64,000 nucleotides of DNA from Eledone cirrhosa (lineage: Eukaryota), in NCBI GenBank assembly GCA_964016885.1, contig OZ024754.1, forward strand, positions 18,290,001-18,354,000. The letters are read 5' to 3'. This document shows positions 13,040-25,407 of this stretch, in pieces; positions within the stretch are counted from its first letter, which is position 1; each line of letters starts with the position of its first letter. The notes beneath the pieces are model-generated. The model saw only the letters and a list, made by a program, of their open reading frames with translations, did no database searches and was not told the origin of the DNA. Both the position numbers and the translations under genes were made by a program.

Positions 13040-16000
13040 ATATACTTAATGGTTGTGTCAAGAAAAAATACTCAGGAAGGAAAACCCTGTGAAAACCAAA
13101 CTCTTGTTCACATGATGAATTCAAAGAACAAAGATAATGATGGCCATGGGAGTGAAACCTCCTGTCAGGTAACCTCATGGTGGGGACTGAAGGTAAAGTT
13201 GTCAGGTAACCTCATGGTGGGGACTGAAGGTAAAGTTGTCAGGTAACCTCATGGTGGGGACTGAAGGTAAAGTTGTCAGGTAACCTCATGGTGGGGACTG
13301 AAGGTAAAGTTGTCAGGTAACCTCATGGTGGGGACTGAAGGTAAAGTTGTCAGGTAACCTCATGGTGGGGACTGAAGGTAAAGTTGTCAGGTAACCTCAT
13401 GGTGGGGACTGAAGGTAAAGTTGTCAGGTAACCTCATGGTGGCGACTGAAGGTAAAGTTGTCAGGTAACCTCATGGTGGGGACTGAAGGTAAAGTTGTCA
13501 GGTAACCTCATGGTGGGGACTGAAGGTAAAGTTGTCAGGTAACCTTCATGGTGGGGACTGAAGGTAAAGTTGTCAGGTAACCTCATGGTGGGGACTGAAG
13601 GTAAAGTTGTCAGGTAACCTCATGGTGGCGACTGAAGGTAAAGTTGTCAGGTAACCTCATGGTGGGGACTGAAGGTAAAGTTGTCAGGTAACCTCATGGT
13701 GGGGACTGAAGGTAAAGTTGTCAGGTAACCTTCATGGTGGGGACTGAAGGTAAAGTTGTCAGGTAACATCATGGTGGGGACTGAAGGTAAAGTTGTCAGG
13801 TAATCATCATGGTGGGGACTGAAGGTAAAGTTGTCAGGTAACCTCATGGTGGGGACTGAAGGTAAAGTTGTCAGGTAACCTCATGGTGGGGACTGAAGGT
13901 AAAGTTGTCAGGTAACCTTCATGGTGGGGACTGAAGGTAAAGTTGTCAGGTAATCTTCATGGTGGGGACTGAAGGTAAAGTTGTCAGGTAACCTCATGGT
14001 GGGGACTGAAGGTAAAGTTGTCAGGTAACCTCATGGTGGCGACTGAAGGTAAAGTTGTCAGGTAACCTCATGGTGGCGACTGAAGGTAAAGTTGTCAGGT
14101 AACCTCATGGTGGGGACTGAAGGTAAAGTTGTCGGGAAACCTTCATGGTGGGGACTGAAGGTAAAGTTGTCAGGTAACCTCATGGTGGGGACTGAAGGTA
14201 AAGTTGTCAGGTAACCTTCATGGTGGGGACTGAAGGTAAAGTTGTCAGGTAACCTCATGGTGGGGACTGAAGGTAAAGTTGTCAGGTAACCTTCATGGTG
14301 GGGACTGAAGGTAAAGTTGTCAGGTAACCTCATGGTGGGGACTGAAGGTAAAGTTGTCAGGTAACCTTCATGGTGGGGACTGAAGGTAAAGTTGTCAGGT
14401 AATCTTCATGGTGGGGACTGAAGGTAAAGTTGTCAGGTAACCTCATGGTGGGGACTGAAGGTAAAGTTGTCAGGTAACCACATGGTGGGGACTGAAGGTA
14501 AAGTTGTCAGGTAACCTTCATGGTGGGGACTGAAGGTAAAGTTGTCGGGTAACCTCATGGTGGGGACTGAAGGTAAAGTTGTCAGGTAACCTCATGGTGG
14601 CGACTGAAGGTAAAGTTGTCAGGTAACCTCATGGTGGGGACTGAAGGTAAAGTTGTCAGGTAATCTTCATGGTGGGGACTGAAGGTAAAGTTGTCAGGTA
14701 ACCTCATGGTGGGGACTGAAGGTAAAGTTGTCAGGTAACCTTCATGGTGGGGACTGAAGGTAAAGTTGTCAGGTAACCTCATGGTGGGGACTGAAGGTAA
14801 AGTTGTCAGGTAACCTCATGGTGGGGACTGAAGGTAAAGTTGTCAGGTAACCTTCATGGTGGGGACTGAAGGTAAAGTTGTCAGGTAACCTCATGGTGGG
14901 GACTGAAGGTAAAGTTGTCAGGTAACCTCATGGTGGCGACTGAAGGTAAAGTTGTCAGGTAACCCCATGGTGGGGACTGAAGGTAAAGTTGTCAGGTAAC
15001 CTCATGGTGGCGACTGAAGGTAAAGTTGTCAGGTAACCTTCATGGTGGGGACTGAAGGTAAAGTTGTCAGGTAACCTCATGGTGGGGACTGAAGGTAAAG
15101 TTGTCAGGTAACCTTCATGGTGGGGACTGAAGGTAAAGTTGTCAGGTAACCTCATGGTGGGGACTGAAGGTAAAGTTGTCAGGTAACCTTCATGGTGGGG
15201 ACTGAAGGTAAAGTTGTCAGGTAACCTCATGGTGGGGACTGAAGGTAAAGTTGTCAGGTAACCTCATGGTGGGGACTGAAGGTAAAGTTGTCAGGTAACC
15301 TCATGGTGGCGACTGAAGGTAAAGTTGTCAGGTAACCTCATGGTGGCGACTGAAGGTAAAGTTGTCAGGTAACCTCATGGTGGGGACTGAAGGTAAAGTT
15401 GTCGGGTAACCTTCATGGTGGGGACTGAAGGTAAAGTTGTCGGGTAACCTCATGGTGGCGACTGAAGGTAAAGTTGTCAGGTAACCTCATGGTGGGGACT
15501 GAAGGTAAAGTTGTCGGGTAACCTTCATGGTGGGGACTGAAGGTAAAGTTGTCAGGTAACCTCATGGTGGCGACTGAAGGTAAAGTTGTCGGGTAACCTC
15601 ATGGTGGGGACTGAAGGTAAAGTTGTCAGGTAACCTCATGGTGGCGACTGAAGGTAAAGTTGTCAGGTAACCTCATGGTGGGGACTGAAGGTAAAGTTGT
15701 CAGGTAACCTCATCGTGGGGACTGAAGGTAAAGTTGTCGGGTAACCTTCATGGTGGGGACTGAAGGTAAAGTTGTCAGGTAACCTCATGGTGGCGACTGA
15801 AGGTAAAGTTGTCAGGTAATCATCATGGTGGGGACTGAAGGTAAAGTTGTCAGGTAACCTCATGGTGGGGACTGAAGGTAAAGTTGTCAGGTAACCTCAT
15901 GGTGGGGACTGAAGGTAAAGTTGTCAGGTAACCTTCATGGTGGGGACTGAAGGTAAAGTTGTCAGGTAATCTTCATGGTGGGGACTGAAGGTAAAGTTGT

Positions 16001-19000
16001 CAGGTAACCTCATGGTGGGGACTGAAGGTAAAGTTGTCAGGTAACCTCATGGTGGCGACTGAAGGTAAAGTTGTCAGGTAACCTCATGGTGGCGACTGAA
16101 GGTAAAGTTGTCAGGTAACCTCATGGTGGGGACTGAAGGTAAAGTTGTCGGGAAACCTTCATGGTGGGGACTGAAGGTAAAGTTGTCAGGTAACCTCATG
16201 GTGGGGACTGAAGGTAAAGTTGTCAGGTAACCTTCATGGTGGGGACTGAAGGTAAAGTTGTCAGGTAACCTCATGGTGGGGACTGAAGGTAAAGTTGTCA
16301 GGTAACCTTCATGGTGGGGACTGAAGGTAAAGTTGTCAGGTAACCTCATGGTGGGGACTGAAGGTAAAGTTGTCAGGTAACCTTCATGGTGGGGACTGAA
16401 GGTAAAGTTGTCAGGTAATCTTCATGGTGGGGACTGAAGGTAAAGTTGTCAGGTAACCTCATGGTGGGGACTGAAGGTAAAGTTGTCAGGTAACCTCATG
16501 GTGGGGACTGAAGGTAAAGTTGTCAGGTAACCTTCATGGTGGGGACTGAAGGTAAAGTTGTCGGGTAACCTCATGGTGGGGACTGAAGGTAAAGTTGTCA
16601 GGTAACCTCATGGTGGCGACTGAAGGTAAAGTTGTCAGGTAACCTCATGGTGGGGACTGAAGGTAAAGTTGTCAGGTAATCTTCATGGTGGGGACTGAAG
16701 GTAAAGTTGTCAGGTAACCTCATGGTGGGGACTGAAGGTAAAGTTGTCAGGTAACCTTCATGGTGGGGACTGAAGGTAAAGTTGTCAGGTAACCTCATGG
16801 TGGGGACTGAAGGTAAAGTTGTCAGGTAACCTCATGGTGGGGACTGAAGGTAAAGTTGTCAGGTAACCTTCATGGTGGGGACTGAAGGTAAAGTTGTCAG
16901 GTAACCTCATGGTGGGGACTGAAGGTAAAGTTGTCAGGTAACCTCATGGTGGCGACTGAAGGTAAAGTTGTCAGGTAACCCCATGGTGGGGACTGAAGGT
17001 AAAGTTGTCAGGTAACCTCATGGTGGCGACTGAAGGTAAAGTTGTCAGGTAACCTTCATGGTGGGGACTGAAGGTAAAGTTGTCAGGTAACCTCATGGTG
17101 GGGACTGAAGGTAAAGTTGTCAGGTAACCTTCATGGTGGGGACTGAAGGTAAAGTTGTCAGGTAACCTCATGGTGGGGACTGAAGGTAAAGTTGTCAGGT
17201 AACCTTCATGGTGGGGACTGAAGGTAAAGTTGTCAGGTAACCTCATGGTGGGGACTGAAGGTAAAGTTGTCAGGTAACCTCATGGTGGGGACTGAAGGTA
17301 AAGTTGTCAGGTAACCTCATGGTGGCGACTGAAGGTAAAGTTGTCAGGTAACCTCATGGTGGCGACTGAAGGTAAAGTTGTCAGGTAACCTCATGGTGGG
17401 GACTGAAGGTAAAGTTGTCGGGTAACCTTCATGGTGGGGACTGAAGGTAAAGTTGTCGGGTAACCTCATGGTGGCGACTGAAGGTAAAGTTGTCAGGTAA
17501 CCTCATGGTGGGGACTGAAGGTAAAGTTGTCGGGTAACCTTCATGGTGGGGACTGAAGGTAAAGTTGTCAGGTAACCTCATGGTGGCGACTGAAGGTAAA
17601 GTTGTCGGGTAACCTCATGGTGGGGACTGAAGGTAAAGTTGTCAGGTAACCTCATGGTGGCGACTGAAGGTAAAGTTGTCAGGTAACCTCATGGTGGGGA
17701 CTGAAGGTAAAGTTGTCAGGTAACCTCATCGTGGGGACTGAAGGTAAAGTTGTCGGGTAACCTTCATGGTGGGGACTGAAGGTAAAGTTGTCAGGTAACC
17801 TCATGGTGGCGACTGAAGGTAAAGTTGTCAGGTAACCTTCATGGTGGGGACTGAAGGTAAAGTTGTCAGGTAACCTCATGGTGGGGACTGAAGGTAAAGT
17901 TGTCAGGTAACCTCATGGTGGGGACTGAAGGTAAAGTTGTCAGGTAATCTTCATGGTGGGGACTGAAGGTAAAGTTGTCAGGTAACCTCATGGTGGGGAC
18001 TGAAGGTAAAGTTGTCAGGTAACCTCATGGTGGGTACTGAAGGTAAAGTTGTCAGGTAATCTTCATGGTGGGGACTGAAGGTAAAGTTGTCAGGTAACCT
18101 CATGGTGGGGACTGAAGGTAAAGTTGTCAGGTAACCTCATGGTGGGGAATGAAGGTAAAGTTGTCAGGTAACCTCATGGTGGGGACTGAAGGTAAAGTTG
18201 TCAGGTAACCTCATGGTGGGGACTGAAGGTAAAGTTGTCAGGTAACCTCATGGTGGGGACTGAAGGTAAAGTTGTCAGGTAATCTTCATGGTGGGGACTG
18301 AAGGTAAAGTTGTCAGGTAACCTCATGGTGAGGACTGAAGGTAAAGTTGTCAGGTAATCTTCATGGTGGGGACTGAAGGTAAAGTTGTCAGGTAACCTCA
18401 TGGTGGGGACTGAAGGTAAAGTTGTCAGGTAATCTTCATGGTGGGGACTGAAGGTAAAGTTGTCAGGTAACCTCATGGTGGGGACTGAAGGTAAAGTTGT
18501 CAGGTAATCTTCATGGTGGGGACTGAAGGTAAAGTTGTCAGGTAACCTCATGGTGGGGACTGAAGGTAAAGTTGTCAGGTAATCTTCATGGTGGGGACTG
18601 AAGGTAAAGTTGTCAGGTAACCTCATGGTGGGGACTGAAGGTAAAGTTGTCAGGTAATCTTCATGGTGGGGACTGAAGGTAAAGTTGTCAGGTAATCTTC
18701 ATGGTGGGGACTGAAGGTAAAGTTGTCAGGTAACCTCATGGTGGGGACTGAAGGTAAAGTTGTCAGGTAACCTCATGGTGGGGACTGAAGGTAAAGTTGT
18801 CAGGTAACCTCATGGTGGGGACTGAAGGTAAAGTTGTCAGGTAACCTCATGGTGGGGACTGAAGGTAAAGTTGTCAGGTAATCTTCATGGTGGGGACTGA
18901 AGGTAAAGTTGTCAGGTAATCTTCATGGTGGGGACTGAAGGTAAAGTTGTCAGGTAACCTCATGGTGGGGACTGAAGGTAAAGTTGTCAGGTAACCTCAT

Positions 19001-19585
19001 GGTGGGGACTGAAGGTAAAGTTGTCAGGTAATCTTCATGGTGGGGACTGAAGGTAAAGTTGTCAGGTAACCTCATGGTGGGGATTGAAGGTGACAACAAA
19101 ATTGATGTGTAAGCAGTTTTGGATGGTGAGGTTGAGGAAAATTAGTCGATATTGAGAATTTTGGTGGCGAGGATGTGTTGGATGTTGAAAAAGAAGAAAT
19201 ACTAGATAGATTAAGAGAACTGTATGGAAGTGAGAAGTACAGAACCCAAACAATACATAGATCAATATAAAGGAAGTAGAGTGACTGCTAAAGTAAATTG
19301 TGTACTCAACTATATACAAAGAAAAGTCATAACTAACAAAAACTTGTTTGGTAGGTGAGTGGCTGAATGAAAGAAAGAATACATACAAACAAGATCCCTG
19401 GTGGGAAAGATGTTTGGAAAATGATATTGCATGCTTGAGAAAAGATTTAGGCAAAACAACTGTGAGATATTGAAGAAATACAGGAGAGATGAGAATAATA
19501 GACAAATAGGTCAAGTGAGGACTATGCCTAATTGGAAATTGCCAGGTCCGGATGAGATTCAGGAGTATTGAATGAAACAATTAAC
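13040..19585 (+). mobile_element. Decayed R4/Dong-like non-LTR retrotransposon fragment split by the minisatellite
   Basis: Right of the array the + strand encodes DPWWERCLENDIACLRKDL and MPNWKLPGPDEIQEY*MK, resembling the R4/Dong N-terminal and pre-RT motifs; left boundary is approximate. Confidence 0.6.
13163..19091. repeat. 37/38-bp minisatellite, about 159 units, with 2016-bp higher-order period
   Basis: Consensus GTCAGGTAACCTCATGGTGGGGACTGAAGGTAAAGTT; rare variants recur exactly 2016 bp apart. Confidence 0.98.
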
Positions 19586-19779
19586 CAGTCGAGCTGGAAG
19601 TGGTATAATAACATACACCACTCATGATACCACTTCCAGCTCAGCTGCGCATATCATTCCTGTTCATGAAGATTAGGAACAGAAGAGGTGATAATGGAGT
19701 CCGATTCTTACATTGAATGGTTTTGATTTAGCACCATTTATCTGAACACAAATACTACTGGTATGGGTTTGACAGGATG

Positions 19780-20025
19780 TTTTGAGAATATTTCAGAACC
19801 GGATGCCCTTCCTGATGCCAACCCATTTAGTCACCTCTTACGACATGCAAGGATATGGTGTAACCTATTCTAAAACTAGTAGATACATGCAAAATAATTG
19901 TATTTTAGAGTTCTCAATATGTCTTGTTTAGAATATGTTAACCATATCCTTGTGTGTTGTAAGAAGCAACTAAAAGGTTTGGCACTAAAAAAGGTATTTG
20001 GCTGTAAAACATTACCTCAAAAACG
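19780..20025. repeat. Imperfect inverted pair of retroposon-tail-like segments
   Basis: CTTACGACATGCAAGGATATGGTGTAACCTATTCTAAA is mirrored at 19927-19962; a third copy lies at 21650-21722. Confidence 0.55.
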
Positions 20026-20402
20026 CTAACCCTTGTTTTAGCAAAGAAACTACACTTGTGTAGTTGGGAATTTCTTCATTGATGCCTAATTGTGAATATT
20101 AATCAGTTTAAATCTACAGATTGGAAATGTGGATGAATGAGTCTGTTGAATGCAGATTCATACACTGTTTCTTTTAGACAATTTATCCATGCAAAATATA
20201 GAAGGGATGGTACATTTTTTGGAGAAATGGGCAACTTTTCAACTACTAATCAATCAGTTCTGAGGTGAGAATGGCACCTACTGTGAGGCATATATTTTTG
20301 TTGCCATGCCTATGATAAAAGACATAGATAATTTTTTTCAAATATTTTTGAAAATAAGTATTTGAAGGGATTTAGTAATATAACTGAGATCCTCATTATT
20401 AA

Positions 20403-20587
20403 GCCTTTTGCATTTAAATCGGCCGTATCTGGCCAGAATTCTATCACCTCTTTCTGTTCATACTTATGTTAAGGTATTGTTCTCAAAATAAATAATATCA
20501 AAATCTCATAGATTCGATATTATGTGTGATAAAGCCTTTACCATGAAAATATAATAATAAATATAGAGTAATGTAAATGGTAAAGGG
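20403..20587 (-). mobile_element. ~200-bp piggyBac-type MITE nested in host MITE ~20300-20704
   Basis: TTAA at 20399-20402 and 20588-20591; reverse complement of 11499-11692. Confidence 0.8.
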
Positions 20588-21309
20588 TTAAACCGGTGTT
20601 TGAAGCATAACTCAACAGTAGTTTGTACATAAAATTATGATGGGAGGCTTTTAAATAAATATAAAAACCCCCTATAAAAGTTTCAGGCAGTTTCAACAGG
20701 ATTAAAGTTATAGTTACAAAAACAACGTCCCAACATGACACTAGTCGAAAGAATCAGATAAAAGGATAAAAGAAAATGAAGGGATTTGAAATAATATTAA
20801 ATCCATTACTAAATGAAACAATGTATTTTGAATAGTTTTTTTGTAGTAAAAAATATAATTTTATGTCAATGTTAAAGAGACATAATAATTGTAATAAATT
20901 CAAAAATATACAAATGACAAAAATTGATATTACAGCAAAATTAAACACAAAATGCAATTTTAGCAAGCTTGAAAATGACTTTCAGTTTCTATAAAAGCAG
21001 TGAAACTAAGATATTTATTTCACTTCTATCTAATCTTCCTATTTCATTTGAATAATATTGTATATATGTAGTTTCATTTAGAAGTTACCTTTAAAGGACT
21101 AGTTTGGTTTTATTTGATGATTGGTGGTTTCATCACCAAATGAAACAGAACTAGTTCTGTATACGTCACTTCTGATGTCTTGAGTATATTACTTTGTGGT
21201 TTTCTTCCTTTGTTTAAAGAAACACCATTTGACTATATATTTGTGTGTGTGTGCGTGTGTGTTGGTCATAATTTTTTTCACATCCATTTTTCCATATGAT
21301 ATATGTAGG

Positions 21310-21648
21310 AAGGAGCTCCATCAATTATGAATGACCATGAGTTAGACATTTCCTTCCAAAGCACAACCCAGGGCAACATGTGTTTGTGGAAGACCAACAG
21401 TCTCCCACACCTGTCTCCCCCTCCACGTGTGGAAGACCAACAGTCTCCCTTCCCCACTCCACCAATGTTGTCAAAGAGTAAGGCAATGGCCGATACAGCT
21501 TGACACCAGTGACGTTGTAACTCATTTCTACAGCTGAATGAATTGATACAATGTGAAATAAAGTGACTTGCTCAAGGACACAGCACACCACTCAGTCTGG
21601 GAAATGAAACTTACAACCTCATGATTGTGAATTTAACTATCTAACCAG
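21310..21648 (-). mobile_element. Old tRNA-derived SINE
   Basis: CTCATTTCTACAGCTGA..GTGAAATAAAGTGACTTGCTCAAGGACAC core; internal short duplication GTGGAAGACCAACAGTCTCCC. Confidence 0.7.
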
Positions 21649-22174
21649 ACGCCATTTCCTGACACCAACTCTTGTAGTTGCTTCTCACGACATGCAAGGA
21701 TAAGGTGTACCTATTCTAAACTTGATTAACAAAGTATAAGTATATGCATGTGTGTGTATGTAATGGGTGCATGTGTGAGTGTGTGTATGCATGTATGTGT
21801 ATGTAACGTATGCACATGCCTGTATGTGTGTGTGCATGTGAGAGAGAGGTTACAGATAAATTTTCATTTAAAGCAAAGAAAGTCATAGACGGGAAATTGC
21901 TAGGGATTATAGTGCTGTTGCTGATAAAACAATACTCCCCCACCGTCACACACACAAGCTCCTTGGTTTTACTAAAAACAAGTCAGTTGTACTCTAAGCC
22001 AACTAAATACTTCTTATAAGAATCGTCCTAATCACTAACACTGCACCCGGTTGATCTAACGAGGGCCAATAAAACTATTATTACAAAATATATTTAACGA
22101 AGAAAAAATGCTGACCTTCTAACCCACAACTAATAGTAGTTGCTCTGTGTGTATGTATCATCATCACCATTTAA

Positions 22175-22382
22175 CCCTTTAGCATTTATATTACTCTATA
22201 TATACTAATATATTTTCATGGTAAAGCCTTTATCTCACATAATATTGAATCTATGAGAATTTGATATTATTTATTTTGAGAACACTACATTAACATCAGT
22301 ATGAGTGGCTGGTTACAGCCAGTTTGAAGAGAAAGAGGTAAGAGAATTCTGGCCAGATATGGCTGGTTTAAATGCTAAAGGG
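22175..22382 (+). mobile_element. ~200-bp piggyBac-type MITE inserted in an RTE-like tail
   Basis: TIR CCCTTTAGCATTTA / TAAATGCTAAAGGG; TTAA/TCAA TSD; flanks read CATCATCACCATTTAA..CATCCATTTTCCATGC. Confidence 0.8.
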
Positions 22383-24729
22383 TCAACATCCATTTTCCAT
22401 GCTACCATCAGTTAGATGGGTAGTTTTTATTTATTATAATATTAAAACCATGTGTATCCCTGCAACTAAAAGGATTGGTGTCAGGAAGGGCAACTGACTG
22501 TAAAACATTGCCTAAAAAACAGAAGCAAAAACACATCAACAACAAACAACCAGTAGAGTTAAATGGAAATAACTAAATATAGTGTTCTAGGTGAAAATCT
22601 CATATGTTGTAATCGAGTCTCAAGGTTACTGGATCCAAGCACAAACTCAATAAGAATAAGCTTTTGAAATAAAAGAATTTAGAGAAAAATTCATAACACT
22701 GCCTCAGTTTTTACAATAAAAGCATTTTAAATATTTTCAAAATATTGAGAATGTATTTTAAGAATGATACTATCTCCCAGTATGAAGAGGTATTATACCC
22801 ACCTCCTCCACTAATTGACTCAGATAAAATTTATTAACAAAGGGGAAAAAATAATATTGAATCATTACTGTTAATTAAATTAATTTAAAAGAATTAATGA
22901 CATTATAAGTTATGTTGTCTGTGTCTGAAGACAAAACTACTGTGATTACTAAACTAATGTGTTCTTGCTTTCTTAAAATGCAGTAGAATAAGATATATCT
23001 ATCTATCTAGAAAGATAGCTACACACACACAAATGATTATATAACAGAGAAGACTTCTTAGCCACAGCAGCACTCTTTGCCTTCAATAAATTATAACAAG
23101 GCATTCATGAAAACATTATAGCTTATCTTTGACAAGTAATATTAAATATTTAAAGAGATGTGTGAAGTTAGGAAAGCACCAAATGATTTAAGGGAGGGAA
23201 AAAATAGAACAAAAGAATGTCTTAGATTTTACATTTTAAAAATAAAATATGACTTAATCCATTTATCATGACTATATTTCAAATAGGTAGGATTGAACAT
23301 ATTTCAATTAATTTTAAATATTTCGGAGGAGAGATTCAGCAAAATACCTGTAACTTTCTACATAGGTATATTATATAGGTGTTGACCATGATAAAATATC
23401 TCACAATATCATCATTTGTATTATGGGATTGTCATTGTGATTTTAATTTAAATAGGAGACACTTTAGTATGGGTGGACTCAGGTAAATTGAATGTGGGTT
23501 AAGGTGAATATACTGGCCAACAGCCAATGTTATTTCAAACATGTGAAATATGTTATCTATTCAATGTTCTCATACATAATTAACAATGAAAGATTTCAGT
23601 AGAAACTGAATTAGGATCCAACCTCTTTATTATGTAATTTAAAGAATAGGAACATTCTTAAGACCGACATTAATGACATTAAAGAAAAAACAAAAATTCA
23701 ATCATTTTCTTCACTTATCAGACTGTAGAAATATCTAAAAGATTTTGGAAACCAGTTGAAATCGAGGAATGGATATTGTTTCATTTTTCTCTGTTAATAT
23801 CTCCCAAGATTTAAAGAAGACCACCACCCCATCGTTTGATAAACATGAGTGGAAAAAAGAAATTGATTTCTGACAGAAGAAAATATTACAAATCATTAAA
23901 ATTTTGTGTGTAAACAAAATGAGAGATAATAGAAATAACATTACATGGTTTAAAGCAGACTAAATATTTATAATATAACAATATAATAGATTTTAAATAC
24001 ATACTAGTATGAAAATGTGCTGAATAATAATGCCTGAATAAGATAATGGGAGAAACAAGATTTTAAAAAAATAGGTTCTAACTTTAGAACATTTGAATAG
24101 AAATGAAGAAATGTTATTAGAATGGAAATATTTTCCTTAAAAAAATATAATCAGCTAGTTGTTGTCTATTTATTAGATTAATTGGCAAATTTTCTTTGAG
24201 AGCATCTACCCATTAAGTATGACTAACGCCAACACACTCATACATAGCTCTCATAGCAGGGGGTGAAGGCTAATAATGTTGAGATGTGAAGTTCTGTAGG
24301 AAATAAGTAAACAGGAGGCCAAGATATAAATTTGACACCAGAAATCAGAAATATTACTTTATTGGATTCTAAAACACATATGTACATTACTCAAATGTTA
24401 AAATGCACGAAGCTAAATTTAAAATTCAGTAGCTAACTCCCAAATGAAAATGTAGTAGAATTTCATTTTGGTTTCTAAATGATGATTGTAAGATAGCCAA
24501 TAATTAAATTTTAGAAGATATCACTTACAAATGGTAATTTTTTGTAATATTTTAGACTAAAGAAACGGTGAAGAAAAACAAACAAACAGAAGAACCACAT
24601 TTATACAAATAACATTACGGATGAGATATCAATAAAACTATTTGGCAGAGCAAAAACCATAGATTTCAATAGACATAATATTACAACTAGTGCTCCTCCA
24701 GGTAATAACAAAAACCATTCCATCTACAT

Positions 24730-24768
<39 letters not shown>

Positions 24769-24916
24769 GAGAGAGAGGGAGAGTGAGAGAGAGAGGAGAG
24801 ATACACATATATAAATAAATATATATATATACTTATATATATATACATACACATATACAGAGAAAGATATATATATATATATATATATATAGATATATAT
24901 AGATATATATATATAT

Positions 24917-25168
24917 CACCTTGACTGACCAGTCTGTCGGTCACACGCCGCTGGTCACAGCACGTCGTGCTGATTTAGCCATAAGATAACGCCATCCCAC
25001 TGGCTGGGCGGGCAGGCTGGTACTCATTTCTACAGCTGAGTAAACTGGAGCAACGTGAAATAAAGTGTCTTGCTCAAGGAAACAACACATCACCCGGTCC
25101 GAGAATTGAACTCACAACCTTTCGATTGCAAGGCCAATGCTCTAACCACTAAGCCATGCGCCTTCACA
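24917..25168 (-). mobile_element. tRNA-derived SINE with a non-RTE tail
   Basis: Intact A-box TGGCTTAGTGG and B-box GTTCAATTC on the minus strand; same head and core as 36313-36655 but a different 3' part. Confidence 0.85.
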
Positions 25169-25407
25169 TATATATAGATAGATAGATACAGACATACACA
25201 ATCTATTTATTTACAACATGGTAAAATAAACAACAAATAGAACAAATATAGATAAACCTTCACTGAAATATAACTAATTACCTGTTGAGAAATATTTACA
25301 GAAATTGGGTTCTAATTTTACATTTTGAAAAATGAAAGAATGACATGAAACCCACACACATACAGGGTGCAGACGATTATTTATATATATGTATATATAT
25401 ACACATA

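Noticed and set aside
13647-18626. Repeated MRLPDNFTFSPHHE ORFs as a repeat protein
   Set aside because: They arise from alternation of 37- and 38-bp units on the minus strand; frames open and close with unit length.
13163-19091. CRISPR-like array (37-bp repeats)
   Set aside because: Units are head-to-tail with no unique spacers, there are no cas genes, and the context is eukaryotic.
23735-24701. Candidate host exons (minus-strand acceptor at ~23872; plus-strand 24557-24701)
   Set aside because: Splice-like signals exist, but the frames are short or contain stops and show no recognisable protein similarity.
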